Position numbers and translations under genes: made by a program
Shown: one piece after another, positions 1 through 11,887 of the stretch
How positions within the stretch are numbered: position 1 is the stretch's first letter
Layout: every line of letters starts with the position of its first letter
Notes under the pieces: model-generated
Told to the model about the DNA's origin: nothing
The model's input: only the letters and a program-made list of their open reading frames with translations
Databases searched by the model: none
From: Gonapodya sp. JEL0774
Taxonomy: Eukaryota
Assembly (NCBI GenBank): GCA_027604505.1
Contig: JADIIX010000151.1
Coordinates: forward strand, 1-49,762
DNA: 49,762 bases
Reading direction: 5' to 3'

Positions 1-130
1 GTTATGTGATGAGAGAACAGACTTAGTGTGTGGGAGAAAACTTTAGTACGTACGACCACAGTAGTGCATAGTGATCGGGTGAATAAAAAAAACGAGTCGC
101 AACACAGAACAGCGACCACAACTCTCAATA

Positions 131-640
131 TGCTGTCAAGGAACTATTGTGGTTCCACAATATTCTCTCTGAGCTTGGAGTACCATTACCATCAAATGTG
201 GAATTGATTGGAAAAGGCAAACCCAATGAAGTCTTTTTATACAGCGATAACACAGGAGCACTGTCATTAGCTCACAACCAGAAGAATCACAAAATGACAA
301 AGCATTTCAAGCTGAAGTATTTCTTTGTTTGTGAGGAAATCAAGAACAAGACTCTTCAACTATTATATACTCCTACTGGAAAAAACACTGCAGATGTCCT
401 AAATAAGTCACTTCCCACGGACTCAGTTCAGAAACGCAGAGCTGGTATGGGAATGTTTGAGGTCCATGGTGGATTGTGATGTTCATGATTAGGGAGAGTG
501 TTGGTGTATGAACACAGTGTACATTATCTGTATGTGTAGTGTGCAAACTATATTAGCCTGTCTTCATAGATGAGCGGCACTAACTGCAATATACTGCATT
601 GCACATAAGACAGAGAGCTGCAGTTCTGACACCAGGTGAG
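131..640 (+). mobile_element. Ty1/copia LTR-retrotransposon remnant: RNase H C-terminus, polypurine tract and start of 3' LTR
   Basis: ORF 147-479 has copia RNase H motifs (AVKELLWF..L.ELG, YSDNTGAL.LA.N, TKHFKLKYFFV.E, ADVLNKSL). It is followed by PPT AGGGAGAG (491-498) and TGTTGG at 499. The right end of the LTR is uncertain. Confidence 0.85.
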
Positions 641-925
641 TAAAATAATAGGTTGGACATCTAATATCCTTGCTGTCTACTGCACCTCAAACTTCACTTT
701 GGTCCTCTTTTTCCTGTGTCAGAACTTTGTGGCATCTTTGTAAATCTTCTTTGAGAACTGAGATATGAGGTAGAAAGCATGAGCTGTGATTCTGCAATCT
801 GCGCATTTTTCTTCTTCACTGCTGAGACAATGCCACAGCTCCACACTCAATCATGGCTCACTTCCAAATGGACTGTTACTCATGTAGATTGCATGCAATA
901 TATATTACTTTAAGCACTTCAAGAG

Positions 926-3900
926 TTATGGTAAGCTGAATGCATCAAAAACTACAGGTGACACTCTTAATGGTGTTTTGCTGGAGAGACTTGCAATCCC
1001 AAGTGCTTTCAAATTCTGCTCATCACTCTGATCAACAATCCTTTGCAGATCATTTTCGTATGTCTGGAATGCAAGACTAGTTTTGAGGGCATGGAACCAG
1101 AGCTGAAGAGATCATTATCTGCTTACATTTGTCCTTTCCCTTTCTTCTGCATCAACCTCCTTTGCGTCAATTATCAGAAGGCTTGGGAGCTGCAATATCA
1201 AAAGTTTTCTATATGCAGTTTTCCTTGTGACTGGATTACCACCCATTGAAACCTCAACAACATTGGGCAGATCTAGTTTCTGTATTCAACCAATGCATGA
1301 CTCTGTGAAAGCTGAACTTCCTTTTTGGAACTTGTCACGCACCTGAAGCTCTGCAATATCATTGATTCGATTGCTTGTGAGGTGAAGTACTTTTAGGCTC
1401 AAGATGCCAAAAAAGTTCCCTAAAAGTTTTATTCTGTTCTCTTGCAGATGGAGTTCCCTCAATCTGGGGCAGGCACTGAAAGCATTTGGCTCCAAAACCC
1501 TGATCTGATTTTTCTCCACAATCAAGTGTGTTAGTGCTTCAAGGGATCCAATGTCTTCAATCTTTAACTTGTGTTAAGAACCCATTTCAAGGGAATATGT
1601 TCAGGAATACTCACCTTTGACAATCGATTTCCTGAAAGATTCAGCAGGCAGACACCAGGGAAAGCAATCAAGGATACATCCCTGAATGAAGTCAGTTGGT
1701 TTCCTGCAAGATACAGCTCCTGCACTTTTGAAAAAACTTTTATCTGTGTCCCATCAACCTTCTCTCTCATGGTGAGTGAAAAAACTTGCTCTATTTTGTT
1801 GTTATTTGCTGACAGGTATTGCAGGTTGTGTAAAGATGTAAGGTTATCAAGAGAAGTGAGTAGATTGTTATCAATGCTGAGTTTCCTCAAGCTCAGAAAA
1901 TCTGCATTATTGAAACAGTCCAAATGTCTGATTTTGCAGTTGGCAATATCTAAATCTGAGATTTGATTGAATCCATTGTGTGATGAAGCTCCCAAACGCT
2001 CTGCAAGCAGTTCAGGAGTCAGTCTCCCAAGAAACATCTCCTGTGATATTGACAAATCTGATCTTGTAACAGCAGCACCATCAAAAATCTTCAAAACATA
2101 TTTTCAAGCATTTGACAACAGACTACCATCTACTCATCCAAGTGATACCTACTTTCAACTTCCCAAGGTGAAATATTGTGAAAAAACGATAATCTTTTGT
2201 GCAAAATATTGGATTACCAGACAAGTCGAGGACAACAAGTCTGTGGAGATTTTTTAGGGCCAGTATACTATATATGTCTGTAATCTCATTGTTCCCCAAA
2301 TCTAGATGGTTGGCACTGGTGAGTGATACATTATGTGGAAGATGAAAGTCTGGAGAAACATACAAAGTTCCATGAGTGTTCGGCATTTTGAGAATGCAAT
2401 CACAGTTCTTATTTTATTGCTGTCCAGACAGAGAGTTGACAATGCCTTAAACTTCTCAATTCTATCAACAGTTGTAATGTAATTGTTTGCAGCATCAATT
2501 CTCTTGAGGAATGACAAAACAGCAAGTGGCTCTAGTGCTGAAATGCGATTATCATCCAAGAAAATTTCTTCGAGGTGTTGAAGCTTAGCCAGAGGTGCAA
2601 TGTCTTGGATGAGATTATGTTTCAAGCTAACCCTTTGCAGCTGGTGCAGACTAGGAAGCCTTAGTAAGTGCTCCATTCTTATTCAGCCAAGTAAACCAAA
2701 TTTACTTAGTTGGAAGCCATGTGACCTCTTGGATATTTGAATTATCAAGCACAAGGACAGTAATGTTTTGAGCTTGAGTTTGGCACAGCATTTGACATGC
2801 ATTGGAGATTCTCCCAACAAACCACCATTGAATGGATTCCAAGCTAGGATCCACAACCTGTGCACACAACGCAGAGTTTTGAAAAGGCTCATTTTGTTGA
2901 GGAGTACAGAAGATAACTTGCTGAAAGTCCCAGTTTCACAGAATGTTCCCCCAAAGACTCTTTTGAATGTGTTAAGAGGATACCAGAGATGTCATACCCC
3001 TTAACAATTGTGTTGTGTCCAAAAGTTGACTTGTAACCATTAATTTTCACCCATCTCTTACCTGCTGCTTCTGAAATGGCACAAGCTGTTGCCTCACATG
3101 AAGAGGCATGTTGGGATCTGCAAATTTACTTGATATTATCAAGTTTCCAACAAACAACTCCAGAGGAGTTCCAATTGGTGGAGTCTCCTGCACAGTATAC
3201 TCCAACAAGAAACTCTGGTTTGGATTGGAGGACACCAAAACTCCATAAAAAGAATTATGGGAGTTAGAATCAGTGTTTATCCCATGAACCATCTGGAGGC
3301 AAGTTGGGCATTGAATACACGCAAGTGCCGACTCTAGATCCTGAAACACATCGCAGCTGCATTTGAGGTTCAACATGCAAGCCTCTATAAAATTGCCAAG
3401 CTTTGGAGTGTCCTAAGGCAACGTTGCGTGAAAGGAATACTGAAACTTCAGTGCTGTAAACCCACTTTAGCATGCAATTTATTATGCACTCTGGAAATAG
3501 AATGTATCTGGATGACTTTGTAATCATCATAAATGTTGCCAACATACAGTTTGAGAGCTGCAGAGCACATATTAAAAGATGGGTCCTCCCTCTCTACAGG
3601 CTCAAATCTGATGTTGCCCCCTGAAACTAGTTCTATCTTTGTTTTTCTGGGACAATCCACCAATTTACTTCACCTTGACAAGGAATTTTAGACTCACCCA
3701 AAATTTACCTGCAATGAGCTTGATATTGATCTTCAATTTGTTGGCTCAACACCCTTAAACGATCATGCAGCTCAGATGATTCCATATCCATGAAATCAAA
3801 AAACTCAGAGAGCAAGACTTTGAGAAAGTTTGCATTTCTCTTCATTGTTTGGTTTCGCATGTTGTAGAACCTTAGCACAAGGATCAGGGTAGGTTTTGGT

Positions 3901-5041
3901 AACAGTCTTTGTACACTAATATTGAACCTACATGCGTTTCTTGAAAAATGTGGCAGTCACTAGTTTTCTAGATTCCTCTGTAATCTCCACTGCATCTAGA
4001 GTGCAAAGGTTTCGGAGGTTGTAAATAATGTGTGTCTGGTAATTTGACAGGCAGCAAACAGGATTCATAGGAAATTCTGGAGAATTCAAGCACAGAGTTA
4101 TGAGGTTGGGCAAAGAAGCAAGATTCAAGATATCATTGAAGCAAGAAAGATTGTTGCCTGCTAGAGTCAATGCCTATTGACAGGATCAAGGTTGTCAAAC
4201 TAATAATGATTTGGCATCGATCTTCATACCTGTAGACTCTTGTTCTCTGAAAGAGATTTCCCTATTGCAGAGATTTCATTGTTTGCAATTTTCAATTCAC
4301 GTAATTTTTTCAGTTGGTTTATGTTTTCAATGGACTTGATTCCTGTTGTGACAACGCACACTGATACTTGGATAAAATCACAAACATCGACACCTTTGTT
4401 TCATTCACATACGATTATCAGAAAGCCACAAAATTTCAAGGTCAATCAATGTATCAAGACCACTGATGTTCTGGATGCAGTTGCCATATCTTTCGGTTTT
4501 AAATGGTTGAATTATCATTAACTGGATGCTACAAGCACATAGAACGATTCTTTACTTCTCTTATGCCACTCACAAATATAGACGCTTGAGTCTCGTGTTT
4601 TTGTGCAATCCGGTGATCCTGGAGAGCTTGCATTCGCAGACCCATAGCTCCTCTAAGGGGAGGTCCTCGAAGCCTTTAATCTCACAAATATCTTGAGCGA
4701 TAAGGCACAGAGATGAGAGATTCACAAAATGGAACAGTCCCTCTATCTGTGGATAGTTGTTGTGGGTCATGGCTAGGGAAGTCACCGTAGGAACCGAGGC
4801 AGTGGTCACGTTGTTGCAAAGACACTGGCGGTGCCCAATGAATTCCATTCTATCGTATGCTCCGAGTGCAAAATTATCGATATCGTACCAGTAAATCGCG
4901 TCCGTTGGCGTCGATGACTCGATGTAACGAGCCTGTGGTACTTGGAAGATCATCCTCGTCCGATTCATCCTCCCCACACGGATCAATAGACTGTGCTCGA
5001 ACATATCTGAGAATGTGCTCTACATCGTCGGGCAATGACAT
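926..5041 (-). CDS. LRRC9: Leucine-rich repeat-containing protein 9 (ciliary; multi-exon)
   Basis: Exon translations match LRRC9 blocks: YPQIEGLFHFVNLSSLCLIAQDICEIKG, LEELWVCEC, NPVCCLSNYQTHIIYNL, KKRM, ELVSGGNIRFE, many SDS22-type LRRs, GNPV..K..YR..LI, and C-terminal KTPLRV. ATG 5041; stop 926-928 after a final GTAAGC..CAG intron. Confidence 0.88.
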
Positions 5042-5205
5042 CGTCCGAAAGTCTTTCGGTGGGAAGTTTCCAGGACTCAATTTTCCTCTGAAAATCAGCC
5101 GTTCTCACGAGAGTGCCAACCAAAAACCAAACTAATCACCCTCAAAAATCATTCAACCACCAAACAAGTTCCCATTTTGCACCATTGTGAAGCGTAGTCA
5201 CCTCA

Positions 5206-6688
5206 ATGGATGTCGATGAACAGAGGCGGGAAATTCAACGACTGCGGGCACTAAACGACTCCCTCAAGGTAGAAAACTCAGCTCTTGCTACCTATGGTGC
5301 GGCCTTCGCAACCAAACTACGGGATATGGAGCGTAGGAACGCTTTGTTGGTGCAAGGCGAGTTAATGGACACCGATGAAGATGGCTCTTGTTGTAATAAT
5401 TCAATGAAACGCTCCTACACAGAAACTCTTCAGCTTAGAGAGGCGATTGCGAGGTCTGCTATTTTTCTTTCTCTGCGGCATCTCAGCAAGTTTCAGATGC
5501 CTTCATTTTAGGCTCCGTGGAGTTGTTCAAGATGGTCGTGGGAATCTTCGCGAGATGCTGAAGAAGCTTTCTCAATCTCAAGAGATTGTTCGAGCTCTTC
5601 AAACCCTTCTATTGCAACAGGAGCAAGTTGTCGGGACTGTATCGGGTGATTTAGGTAAGATACTGGAAAAACGTTACTGAGTACAATTCTCATAGCACAG
5701 TTAATAGAAAGGGTATTTTTGTCACATTGCGCTGACGATCTTCCCGACGGAGTCATCGTTGCGGATTGCTCGGTCGGTGTGGCCATGCCATCCATGGGAA
5801 ATTGAGTCTCTAACCCCACCCCGTCTCCACAGACGGCGTCGTTTCCTTCGATACGCATGTTTCCGTTGGATGCCAGTGCAGCCTGTTTGAATGTGGAGTT
5901 GAACTCGACATGGATGAGGTTGTGTTCCAGTAACGTTGTTCTGACTTTCAGCTCACGAACTCTCCATCCTTCATAGCGCACCTTCAAAATCTCCGTCTCT
6001 GGATACGATTACAGAGGAAACAGCAAGTGTGTGACTTTGTGACGTATTAAAACACCTCCATTCTTACCTTCTTGTACCAAGGTGCGATCCGAAGGTTTAA
6101 CAATGTTCCCCCTTTGGCGATCAGAGGAAAAGACTTCGCATCGCCAAAAACCCTCGCGTCACTGGAGCAGAGGATCCCAGATGTATCTGGTGATCTGGAC
6201 ATTCATCGTACATCTCCAACATCCCCAAGTTATTCTAAATCGACTAATCTCGATAGATCAGCCGCTGAGGAGGGGAGCATCGTCCCCGAAGTTAAACTGC
6301 CAAGCACTCAGCCCCTGAATGTTTCGAAATTGTCGAAGTTCTCTAAGCCTTGCGCGAAGCCACAATCTGCGAGTGGGTCCTAAACAACCCCCATTCGCCT
6401 TGACGCTCTCATGTCAAATACTAATCGCCCTTAGACATGGACGTCACCTCAGCACGTAAATTTGCCGACGAGAATTCGAACGCCTGTTTGAGTGCTTCGA
6501 GAACTTCGCCTGGTGAGCACGTTGGGGACTGTGCAGCAATTTTCGTTCTGATCCAACAACATGGACGCACCAGGACTTTCCACGGGTCGCCAAAGAAGAG
6601 TCGGGACTGTTGTGAGCTACACCGAGCCCTCGATCAAGGTGAAGCTCAGACGCGGAGATGGGAATTGGAGCATTGGGAGCAGTCATAG
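5206..6688 (+). CDS. Hypothetical protein with N-terminal coiled coil (multi-exon; 3' end approximate)
   Basis: ATG 5206, heptad-rich ORF pieces 5206-5680 with splice-like signals, and Ser/Pro-rich pieces 6072-6688. No family recognised. Confidence 0.5.
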
Positions 6689-7192
6689 GGCAACTGTTCT
6701 GAAAGATAAGACAAATTACGCTTGATTTCTAATTTCTGTTCAACGACAACGATATTGGTACGAGAAAAATGCGGCGTGTCTGCCTAATGATGAAGCGTCA
6801 AGCGATCCAACAAAAGTGATTCACATGTGTTAGTGAATCTGTGCTGGGCCTACAATCGGTCTAGCCAGCAATCCCGGTTGAGAAATCCGGAGCTTTTTTA
6901 GTTGGCAACAAGCAAGCCAACGGTGTTGAAGGTATCTTGCTTAGATGGAGGGGTCTTGATTTCGTAGTGTGGTCGTTTCGTCGCATGAGTTCTTCAGGTA
7001 TATCCGGTGGTACGCAACAAATGTCGTAGATGTAAAGGAATCCAGATAGTCCAGATGGTCGGAGTAATATACATCCTGATGTTTCCGATGTGTGCCAGGT
7101 GGTGACGGAGTGCATCACGGTGGACGCAACTGTGGCCTGAACGAGTTTCTGTAATTGCACGCCCCACTAGCCGTTCCTTTCTCGCCCTGAAC

Positions 7193-9190
7193 ATGGAGAC
7201 TTACGCTGGTGAATGAATCTCTTCCGATTCCCCATTCAATCGGATTTTTGGATCTGTATCACTGACAAATATGTACCGTTGAAGAGCAAGCTGAGACGGA
7301 GGAACAGAAGCAAGTGCTTTTGCAAGAACTATTTCACCTTGGCAAGGATGCTGTGGCGGAATTAGAAGCCCCAATGAAGAATCTTCACGCCAAGTAAGGT
7401 GTTTTACTAAGTTCCTCGGACTGCATGTGAAACGTCTCACCTCCGCAATGCGCAGGTACACCCAACTTCAGATCCAGGTTTTAGATCAAGAAAAAATGCT
7501 TGTTTTGACGGGTGAGCTCGCGGCATCGTGATCACGCTAAATGATGTCCATCACGAGTTCATACACCGCACGGCAGAACGCCACCCCCTTATAAGTAAGC
7601 CGGCGCTGCAACCTACGAAATCCATTGATAAACGTACTTTTGTTAGCAGCGGAGTCATATCAAGAAGCTGAACGTAGGATGAATGACCGAATCAATTTCG
7701 AGCGTCACAGATGGATTCGGACTTCCGCAAGCGTTCAGCGGCGATGTCAAGCAATTACAGAAGTGCTCAGGCGCCAGTGTGACGTAAGTCTTTTTTGTTT
7801 GTTGTGCCACGGAGTGTCTTTCACGTTTTCCTCTGAACCAGGACACACTTACTCGCCTTCCCAGAGAAATGCTCACTCTCATTGTAAATAATGTGGAGCA
7901 ACTTCGACAAGAATTTTTCATGCTGACTGGAACGACGGCACCGGAATACACCGACGAGCAGCTTGAAGAAGGATGGTCGCAGATTCAGAATCACCGAGGG
8001 AACTTGTACGAGTTTGACCCCGAACTCAATCTACTGGTCCGCCACCCAGTGCCAACCAATATAGAAGGCTTAGATGATGGTTTTGTCACAAACAATGATG
8101 AAGAGGCTGACGAGACCGAAGATGCAACATCGTTAGCTGAGTCAGGCTCTGTGGGTGATATGGACGATCGCGGTGAAACCGAGGACGAGAGAACTGCCGG
8201 TACCTATGCCGGTCGCCGTTTCGGATTACGAAAGCGCGCCCTTTTAGAACGAAATCGCGGAGAGGCTATGCAAGGAGATTCAGATGAAGATGATGAATCA
8301 CTCGAAAGTCAGGGAAATTCCGAATCAGATGAAGGTAGGTCGCCTGTTTCCTTCAGATGAAAAGATTCAACTCAATCTCAGGTTACTACTAATGGGGGCG
8401 ATACTCCGATACTCGAAGAGCACTTTCGTCCTCGATGGCGGGATCGCAAACCTCGTCTGAAACCTGCGGATTCCAGTGCAGGGGCCCAACAATTCGGTTC
8501 ACGGAGACGAAAGCGTCCTCCAAAGGTGGTGGCCGATGGGGATGTACGAGTTCGCAGTTCCGAAGACGGAGGCGAGGGCCGCGACAGGCGTATGCCCTGG
8601 GCTGGGAGGTTTGGACACAATTATTAAGCGGATGACGCTTGTGACTTACTAACAATGATGATGTTACATTCTTAGGAAACGGCAGCGACCAGATGTCGAT
8701 GATCTTGCAGACATTCCCATCGAAGGAGGCCGCAAAGAAATCGACCAGAAGCGTGCAGAAGAACGAGCTCAGAAAGAAGAGTTGTTACGAAAGCGCAATG
8801 AAGAGTTGTCTAAATCGGTAAGTTAGAGTCATGCATTTCCCTGTTATTGAGTCTACTTCTCACTCGCATTGGTCACAAGGAGTCACTCGTGGCACGAGAG
8901 GAACAGTTCAAACGGAAAGAAGAAGAACTTAGGAGAAAAGAGCGGGAATTGGAGGAGCGAAAGCGAGGTGAAGGGTCGCGCAAGGGTGACGATGCACTTC
9001 AAAGACGGGTATGTCCGTAGGGTTGCTATTTTCACAAGTTCTTTGAATCACACCTCGGTTGAACGCCACATGTGATTATTGATTGGTTTGGTAGCTTTCT
9101 GCACAACCCCTTGATGTCCGACCGGCATACCCTCGTCGACCTGGTGAACCATTTTCTTTGGGGAGTAGCATTGCAGTTACTACTAGGTAA
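7193..9190 (+). CDS. Coiled-coil protein with Sds3/Dep1/BRMS1-like region, acidic linker and basic C-terminal coil (multi-exon)
   Basis: Manual splicing gives METYAEQAE..KNLHAKYTQLQIQVLDQEKMLVLTERHPLITAESYQEAERRMNDRI..REMLTLIVNNVEQLRQEF, which resembles the Sds3-like L..E..L....HP pattern. The gene itself is well supported; the family call is tentative. Confidence 0.5.
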
Positions 9191-9335
9191 GCCAACGTCC
9201 CGGCTGCTCTCATCATTGAGTCATTGTAATTCTCAAATGTGCGATTGAAAGTGGTGTCCCACCTCATGGTGCACATACATTTGCTCCACAGGCAGAGAGT
9301 GGCTCCAAAAATAGTTGAAATGACGCTGTTTTGTA

Positions 9336-11673
9336 TTAGTTGACACTAAATTGAGCTACAGTGAGAGCACTTCCCACCAAATGTAGGCTTCCTGTCACAA
9401 GAACATTCATTGCCGTCTCAGTTCCTTTTTGGTCCAAAATCTTGTGGAAGGCAGCTTCCACAGTTTGAGTAATCGCCATGACTCCTGGTGCCAACCCTTC
9501 CGCTTGACATAGAGCGGACCATTCACCACATAACCCCTCTTGATGTGAAGTATCTTCAGCTGCTCCAACACGAACTGAATCTGCGAAGTAGCAACGAAAT
9601 GGTACACGTACTTGAGTCCTGTCCGCTTTTACATAGATTGAAAAGCGCAAAATACCTTTGGAGCGTTCGGCTACACTGAACGGGGTATTTGTCGTGAAAA
9701 TAACCGCGTGGAAATGAATCTGTCGATGTAATTGCACTAATGGTGTCATTATAGTGCTTGCTTTCCGTTGACCAGTGCAATTGAAGATGAGAACGTGCTT
9801 CCACGAAGTGTCTTGTTGGTGTTCAGATAGATACCATTCAGCACAAACCTGGAAGAGAAACATTAAAACAAAATCCGTCATTTTCCAATTCCTTGTCCTG
9901 GTACTTCTCACCTCGACGCTTTCTCTAGTATGAGCACCGTCCAGGTACCATTTCACACCTGGGTATTGGGAAAATTCGGACCTTTGAGCTCTCCCTGGCC
10001 AATTGGTTGTCTCCAGGCCTTTCCTGACGCCCACTGGCAGGCTATATGCAGGGAATTGCGACAGCACGTCTGTGGAGCAAACCCTCATTGAGTTAGACTC
10101 CGTGTCCCGGTTTTTTACAGCAGAAAGTGCTGTCATAGCCAGACATAGAGCAAGAGCAGCATTTGACTGCTGGAAAGACCCTTTGAGACCTGCAAATCTG
10201 TCACACCGTGTAGAACGACATTCCCAGTAGATGACCAGAGTCACGTACCTAAATTGACGTTGACAAGCTCAGGATAGCTGCTAAGGGGGGGAGGGGTGTG
10301 AATGCTGGCCTGAAAAGTCACCGACTTGAATCGTTGCGGAAACATACTAATGATCAACATACCTACCACGCCTCTCTCCGCCGCCCGCTCTCTTATCACT
10401 CTCATACAGTCATGTGGCTGCACCAAGGAAAATGCAGGAACCCCTCGCTTTTGATTCCGCAATGTGTGACTTATCCCATCACCTTTGTCCTCGAGCTTAT
10501 CTGCAACTTACTTTAAAAATGCCAGCTTTATTCCAGGCGATTTCTTCGAGTGTGTCTCCCAAGACGTTTTGGTGGTCATAGCCAAGCGCAGTTATCCCAC
10601 AGACCACTGGGTTTTCTATTACGTTCGTCGCGTCGTATTCGCCTCCAACTCCTACTTCAAGCACCAGAAAATCCACCTGATCCAACGATTGTTATGTGCG
10701 TGAATGAAGTCTTTACGAAGGTAAAATGAGCATTGCTGCCTACATTTTCTTGCATAAACGCATGAAACGCAACCAGTGTAAGCATACGGAAATACTGCGG
10801 AATTGCAACCCTCGTGGTCCCATCTGGTGCTATCTAAAAGCCCACGAGGTCAGCACCCAAATTTCCCTCGAACTACCACCAAAAGTTACCTTTGTCGATT
10901 CTAATCGGTCCACTACTTCGAAAAAGTAGTGCGCAAACAGCTCTCTGCTGATGGACCTTCCATCAAGCTTGATCCGTTCACGGACTTCGATGAGATGTGG
11001 ACTAGTGTACATGCCGACTTTTGGATGACGATTATTGGACTGGTCTGTCATGTTGGTGGTGGAGGGTCCATCGACAGGAAATTCTGCATGTCGAAGAATC
11101 GAGTCCACGAAAGCGCATGTTGACCCTTTTCCTTTCGTTCCGGCGATATGTATGATATTGAGCTTATTTAAATCGGTTGGCTTGAGGTTCCGTTATGAAA
11201 GTAAATGTCATTCATTCACTGACATATAGATCCACCAATCTTACATCTGTCTCACCTTGTAACCAATCCTTCCGAGGAACTGTCGCATTTCAGGTAAACT
11301 TTGCTCGTTCATCGCTTTGCCCAGTCTCGAAAGGTCAACTAGAAGGGCGGCATTGGTTTGGGATGTGTTAAGGAGTTCAATCGCTGCCTGTGCGGTATTG
11401 AGAAAGCGAGCCGCCATCGGAGGTCGAATCTACCACGAAACGCTCTTGTATCATTACATCATAGTTCCTCGAAGATGCTTGAGGCGGAATCGTCCGCACA
11501 GAATCAAAAACGGGGTTCATTGACATAGAGGATCGGTGATGGAATGATCGACGAATAAATGTGCTATGACAGAGTGGCACTCGGTAGGTGGACCGCAAAT
11601 CTCGAAGAAAGAAGGTGGCCTCGAAAGATAGAAGTCTCAATGCACTTTGAAGCAGCTGGGGCGCACAGGGCAT
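9336..11673 (-). CDS. FPGS: Folylpolyglutamate synthase (MET7/FPGS type; multi-exon)
   Basis: Motifs [77 protein letters not shown] and [11 protein letters not shown]. In-frame ATGs at 11748, 11673, 11526 and 11520. Confidence 0.93.
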
Positions 11674-11887
11674 GAAGTGTGAGAGATAGTTGACCCAGTC
11701 AAACTTTTTTTCTAGATTCAGACCCGACTTTTCTTGACCCAACAACATCTTCTCAACCCAACTTGAACTAGCTTCTAATTCCCAAAGTTAATCGCCTGCC
11801 GAACTCCTGAATCACGACCTCAGTGAGTGCTAAGTTAGTGTATTCATTGTTATAAGAATGCCCAAAATGTATTTAACTCATGGGTAG

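Noticed and set aside
5206..5511. Shugoshin-like N-terminal coiled coil
   Set aside because: No C-terminal basic SGO motif was found in downstream exons; a generic coil is insufficient.
6861..7461. Minus-strand ORFs as a separate gene
   Set aside because: No recognisable protein, and part of the region is antisense to the spliced plus-strand gene starting at 7193.
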